Of a stretch of DNA of 64,000 nt, positions 60,082 to 64,000 are shown one piece after another. The position numbers were made by a program, and so were the translations under genes. The first letter of the stretch is position 1. Each line of letters opens with the position of its first letter. The stretch is from an uncultured Enterobacteriaceae bacterium (GTDB lineage: Bacteria; Myxococcota_A; UBA9042). The notes beneath the pieces are model-generated. The model was not told the DNA's origin and did not search any database. It was given only the letters and a program-made list of their open reading frames with translations. The stretch covers positions 1,724-65,723 of the forward strand of contig CAYTLW010000029.1 in NCBI GenBank assembly GCA_964438735.1, written 5' to 3'.

Positions 60082-62397
60082 TCAGGTACAGCAGGTCGGC
60101 TTGTCGGCGCAGCAATCGCCAAACTTGACGCACAGGGAATCGCACCAGCAGCCGCCCACCCCCTGCTTGCCACAGGCGCCCTTGCAGGACTTGCCGGCGT
60201 TGCCCCCGCACGCACAGGTCGAACCGTAGTCGGCGCAGCAATCGTCGTATTTGACGCAGTCGGTATCACACCAGCAGCCAGTGGACTGGCCGCCGCACTT
60301 GCCGACGCAGGATCCGCCGGGTTTGGACGCGCAGGTGCCGCTGCTGCCGCCGTTGGAGACTTTGCAGATGGTGCCGGCGGGGCAGGTCTTCTCGGTCGCC
60401 CAGGCGCTCCACTTCAACGACGCGCTGGCCGTGGAGCATCCGGTCGCCTTGCCGTCGCAGGTGCCCTGGGCCGTGCGCTTCTGCAGCGAAGTGCCCAGGC
60501 ACTGATACTGCGCCTTGACCTGCACGCCACAGGCGAGCCCCTTGGACTTGGGATACTTCTTGGCCACATCGCAGCAGACGCCGCTCGAGCAGCCACACAG
60601 GGCCATGAAGTCGCTGCAGCAGTCGCCCAGCTTGGTGCAGAAGGCGTCGCAGTAGCAGGTACCGCCGGGGATCTTCGTCTTGCTGCCACAGCCGGTGCTG
60701 CAGGAGCCCACCGGGCCTGTGGGCAGGCACTGGGGCGGCTGACCGGAGCCGGCGAGCTTGCAGGCGGTCTTGGCGCCGCAGGTCTTGAGGGTCTGCCAGG
60801 GGCCCTTGACCAGGTGCGCGGGATTGCTGCTGCAGCCGTCGGCGCTCTTGCCCGTGCAACCGGGGTGGCTGTCGCGGCGCAGGACCTTGTTGCCATCACA
60901 CTTGTATTCGCTGGCCAGGATCGCCGCCGAACAGGTCGCGCCCGCGCCCTTGACGACGTAGCCCTTCACGTCACAGCAGGCGCCTTTGTCGCAGCAGCCG
61001 GGTTTGGCCTGGTTGATGCAGACGCCGGCCTTCACGTCGCAGGTGCGGATGACGCAAGGACCCGGCGCCGGCTGGCAGTCGTTATTGGACTTGCAGCAGC
61101 CGGACTGCGCCTTGCCCTTGCACTGGCCATCGGCCTGGCAGGCGTCGGACTCGGTGCAGCTGTCACCGTCGTTGCAGAGCGCGCCGACGTCGACCGAGTA
61201 GCCATCGGTCTTGGATTTCGGCTTGCAGACCGCGCAGGGCTGACCGACAGCCTTCTTGCCGGCGACGACGCACTGGAAGCCCACCAGGCAGTAACCGGCC
61301 TTCAAGGTCGCGGCGCACTGCCCGGTCTTGGGATCGCACGCCCCCTGCTGGCAGGACGTGGGGTCGGGGCATGACTTGGGCGTGATGACGCACTGGCCGG
61401 TGGCCGGGTCGCAAGCGTCCTGCGTGCAAGCGTTGCCGTCATCGCATTGCGCGTTCTGGGTGCAGCATCCCGGCTTCTTGTCGAGGCTGCAGGTGCCGGT
61501 GGTCACGTCGCACTTGGCCAGGTCGCAGACGCCACCATGCGGGCAGTCCTTGTCCGCTTCGCAGCAGCCGGGCTTCTTGCTCCAACCCATGGCCGAGAGC
61601 TTCGGGTCGCACCAGTCGCAGGGCGCCTTGGCCGAGACCTGACCGGCGGCGTGGCAGACGCCTTCGATCTCGCACGAGCCGGCGTCGATGGTGTAGTTGC
61701 ACACGCCGGTGCTGGGATCGCATTGATCCGAGGTGCAGGTCAGGCCGTCGTCACAGACCATGGCTTTGCCTTTGCACCCGCTCGCCTCGCAGGTGTCGTT
61801 CACGGTGCAGAACTGGCCGTCGTCGCAGGGTGAACCGGGCGGCGCCACGGCGATCTCGCAGCAGCCGTCGACGCAGACCGCCAGGTTGCACGAGGTCACC
61901 CCGATGAGCTCGCTGCCACAATCCGAAGACGACTTGCAGCTGCCGTGACTGCAGACTGGCAGGTTGTTGAGCGGCCCCGCGCCATCGCCATCGTCCTGGC
62001 CATCGTCTTCGTCTGCATCGGCAAAGGCTCCTGTGGTCCCGGCATCGTCGCCAGGTTCGGCCGCCCCGTCGACGCCCGAGGCGGGATCGTCGTCCTTGTC
62101 GCCCACGCTGTCGGACAGCGGACCGCCATGGCCCATTGCGCCATCGTGCCCGGCATCAAAGGTCGAGGTGCGATCCGCCCCGCCGCCGCCGTCGAGCGCC
62201 GCCCCATCCGGGCTGAATTGGAAGGTGCCAGGATCGGCCCGACCTTCGCTCTCGATGCGATCGCCAGGTGCGGCTTCGTACGCCACCAATTCATACTTGT
62301 CGGCGCATGCGCAGCTCAGCACACCGACCAGGACAAGCGAGAACAAGCGCCGCGATGCGGCCTGCTGCTCCCCTGCTATGCGATGGCGATTGCGCAT
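60082..62397 (-). CDS. Secreted cysteine-rich lipoprotein with Myxo Cys-repeats and three C-terminal somatomedin-B-like (SMB) domains
   Basis: Lipobox VGVLSCAC. Acidic Gly/Asp-rich linker. CDDGNACT-type repeats. Three copies of SC.G.CG...C.CD..C....DCC.D(Y/F)...C (CYCDAFCTKLGDCCSDFMALC, CWCDTDCVKYDDCCADYGSTC, CWCDSLCVKFGDCCADKPTCC). Confidence 0.75.
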   Translation of the reverse strand: MRNRHRIAGEQQAASRRLFSLVLVGVLSCACADKYELVAYEAAPGDRIESEGRADPGTFQFSPDGAALDGGGGADRTSTFDAGHDGAMGHGGPLSDSVGDKDDDPASGVDGAAEPGDDAGTTGAFADADEDDGQDDGDGAGPLNNLPVCSHGSCKSSSDCGSELIGVTSCNLAVCVDGCCEIAVAPPGSPCDDGQFCTVNDTCEASGCKGKAMVCDDGLTCTSDQCDPSTGVCNYTIDAGSCEIEGVCHAAGQVSAKAPCDWCDPKLSAMGWSKKPGCCEADKDCPHGGVCDLAKCDVTTGTCSLDKKPGCCTQNAQCDDGNACTQDACDPATGQCVITPKSCPDPTSCQQGACDPKTGQCAATLKAGYCLVGFQCVVAGKKAVGQPCAVCKPKSKTDGYSVDVGALCNDGDSCTESDACQADGQCKGKAQSGCCKSNNDCQPAPGPCVIRTCDVKAGVCINQAKPGCCDKGACCDVKGYVVKGAGATCSAAILASEYKCDGNKVLRRDSHPGCTGKSADGCSSNPAHLVKGPWQTLKTCGAKTACKLAGSGQPPQCLPTGPVGSCSTGCGSKTKIPGGTCYCDAFCTKLGDCCSDFMALCGCSSGVCCDVAKKYPKSKGLACGVQVKAQYQCLGTSLQKRTAQGTCDGKATGCSTASASLKWSAWATEKTCPAGTICKVSNGGSSGTCASKPGGSCVGKCGGQSTGCWCDTDCVKYDDCCADYGSTCACGGNAGKSCKGACGKQGVGGCWCDSLCVKFGDCCADKPTCCT

Positions 62398-62546
62398 GAA
62401 CTCGTCCTGTTGCCGGTCCCACGGCGGGCTCGGGCGCGGGATGCTAGCGACCGCGCGCCAGGATCGCCAGCGAAATCAATTGTACCGAAACCCCGGCGGG
62501 GCATGCGCGGACGGTCAAGCGGGCGTTCGGGCGCGCACGCATTCAC

Positions 62547-62576
62547 TTGACACCCCGCACGCCCGCGTAGATGCTG
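62547..62576 (+). promoter_or_regulatory. Putative sigma70-type promoter for metK (TTGACA -35)
   Basis: Perfect TTGACA at 62547-62552 with tagatg-like -10 about 15-17 bp downstream, roughly 40 nt before the metK ATG. Weak inference. Confidence 0.25.
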
Positions 62577-62612
62577 CCGCGCCCCGACACGGTCGGGAGG
62601 AGGAAACTACGC

Positions 62613-63782
62613 ATGGCCATCAACGACTTCACCTTCACCAGCGAATCTGTCACCTGCGGTCACCCCGACAAAGTGGCCGACCAGATCTCGGACGCGGTCC
62701 TCGACGCCATTTTCACCGAGGACACCGCCGCCCGCGTGGCCTGCGAGACCATGGTGACCACGGGCCTGGCCCTCATCGCCGGCGAGATCACCACCTCCTG
62801 CTACGTCGACATGCCCAAGGTGATCCGCAAGACGATCTCCGACATCGGCTACAACGATCCGGCCGACTTCTTCGACTCCCGCAGCTGCTCGGTGCTGACC
62901 TCCATCGACAAGCAGTCGGCCAACATCTCGCAGGGCGTGACCGCCGGCGAGGGCCTGCATCTGGAGCAGGGCGCCGGCGACCAGGGCCTGATGTTCGGCT
63001 TCGCCTGCGACCAGACGCCGCAGCTCATGCCGCTGCCCATCGCCCTGGCCCATGCCCTGACCAATCGCCTCGAAAGCGTGCGCAGGGCCGGCACGCTGCA
63101 ATGGCTGCGCCCCGACGGCAAAAGCCAGGTCAGCGTGCGCTACGCCGACGGCAAGCCGGTCGCCGTGGACGCCGTGGTCGTCAGCACCATGCACTACGAC
63201 ACGGTCTCCTACGACGATCTGCGCTCGGCCATCATCGAGCATGTCATCACCCCGGAGATCCCCGCCGAGCTGCTGAACGCCGACACCGCGATCCACGTCA
63301 ACCCGACCGGTAAGTTCGTGCTCGGTGGACCGCACGCCGACTGCGGCCTGACCGGCCGCAAGATCATCGTCGACACGTACGGCGGCTGGGGTCGTCACGG
63401 CGGCGGCGCCTTCTCGGGCAAGGATCCCAGCAAGGTCGATCGCTCCGCGAGCTACTTCAGCCGCTACGTGGCCAAGAACATCGTCGCCGCCGGCCTCGCC
63501 CGCGAGGTCGAGGTGCAGCTGTCCTACGCCATCGGCGTGGCCCAGCCCACCAGCGTCAAGGTCGACACCTTCGGCACCGGCGCCATCGAGCCGAGCCGGA
63601 TCGAGGCGGCCGCGCGCGAGGTCTTCGACTTCCGCCCACAGGCCATCATCGAGCGCCTCAACCTGCTCCGTCCGATCTACCAGCAGACGGCATCGGGCGG
63701 TCACTTTGGCCGCGATGGCGACGCCTTCACCTGGGAGCGCACGGACGCCGTCGCCGACCTCAAGTCGGCCGCGGGCCTGTAG
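62613..63782 (+). CDS. metK: S-adenosylmethionine synthetase
   Basis: [33 protein letters not shown]...[22 protein letters not shown] gggaggagg upstream. Confidence 0.95.
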   Translation: MAINDFTFTSESVTCGHPDKVADQISDAVLDAIFTEDTAARVACETMVTTGLALIAGEITTSCYVDMPKVIRKTISDIGYNDPADFFDSRSCSVLTSIDKQSANISQGVTAGEGLHLEQGAGDQGLMFGFACDQTPQLMPLPIALAHALTNRLESVRRAGTLQWLRPDGKSQVSVRYADGKPVAVDAVVVSTMHYDTVSYDDLRSAIIEHVITPEIPAELLNADTAIHVNPTGKFVLGGPHADCGLTGRKIIVDTYGGWGRHGGGAFSGKDPSKVDRSASYFSRYVAKNIVAAGLAREVEVQLSYAIGVAQPTSVKVDTFGTGAIEPSRIEAAAREVFDFRPQAIIERLNLLRPIYQQTASGGHFGRDGDAFTWERTDAVADLKSAAGL

Positions 63783-63975
63783 GACCACGATTGCAGCGAC
63801 ACCGAGCGCGTTTCCAGGGCCGTTCGGCACGGCCAGAAACCGCTTGACACTGGGGGCGAATGTTGGCTCAATGCGCGCCCCGTCGGCCCCGCGCCCGGGG
63901 CCCGACAACGGGCGCGAACGATCCACCGCCAGCCAACAAGTGCCAACGGCAAGGACGTCGCGAGGAGAGGCAGAG

Positions 63976-64000
63976 ATGAGCCTGAGCAAGTCGACAGACA
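63976..64000 (+). CDS. 5' end of a downstream gene (MSLSKSTD...), truncated by the window
   Basis: ATG preceded by gaggagagg RBS, with a TTGACA box at 63843. Too short to assign a function. Confidence 0.35.

Noticed and set aside
62398-62612. Possible SAM riboswitch in the 215-bp region upstream of metK
   Set aside because: I could not find the SAM-I/SAM-II conserved helices or kink-turn elements. A TTGACA box leaves only about a 40-nt leader, too short for a riboswitch.

Overview
This is a GC-rich (about 68-70%) chromosomal segment with strong Myxococcales signatures, densely packed with genes on both strands. The signatures are a MYXO-CTERM sorting tail, Myxococcus-type cysteine-rich repeats, many Hanks-type Ser/Thr kinases with zinc-ribbon, PEGA, pre-peptidase C-terminal (PPC) or TPR accessory domains, and lipoproteins. 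Housekeeping genes I recognise include secA, metK, holB (DNA polymerase III delta-prime), rarA, epmA, a pseudouridine synthase, an ABC-F ATPase, a 7Fe ferredoxin, tcdA-tatD, and an mreC-mreD-pbp2(mrdA)-rodA cell-shape cluster that lacks mreB. I could not support any rRNA, tRNA, CRISPR array, transposase or integrase. The candidates for new biology are: (1) a tightly coupled operon encoding an active triple-DsbA lipoprotein followed by a paralogue in which all three CxxC motifs have degenerated, then a small unknown protein and a PLP aminotransferase; (2) a PBP2 with a roughly 100-aa cysteine-rich zinc-ribbon insertion, in a cluster whose upstream genes are a ferredoxin and a small membrane protein rather than mreB; (3) two large secreted cysteine-rich lipoproteins, one 1987 aa with Myxo Cys-repeats plus three lamin-tail domains, one 771 aa ending in three somatomedin-B-like domains; (4) a perfect 102-bp tandem duplication inside a third cysteine-rich lipoprotein gene; (5) a possible surface signalling or glycosylation operon (zinc-ribbon protein, TPR secreted protein, GT-C-like membrane protein, membrane-anchored Ser/Thr kinase, GT2). 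The many long ORFs antisense to real genes are GC-driven shadow ORFs and were rejected. The supplied ORF table translates GTG and TTG starts as M; several true starts are internal ATGs, which I placed by signal peptides, RBS-like purine runs and stop/start overlaps. Where my reading of the printed sequence lines differed from the ORF-table coordinates by 1 nt, I used the ORF-table frame.
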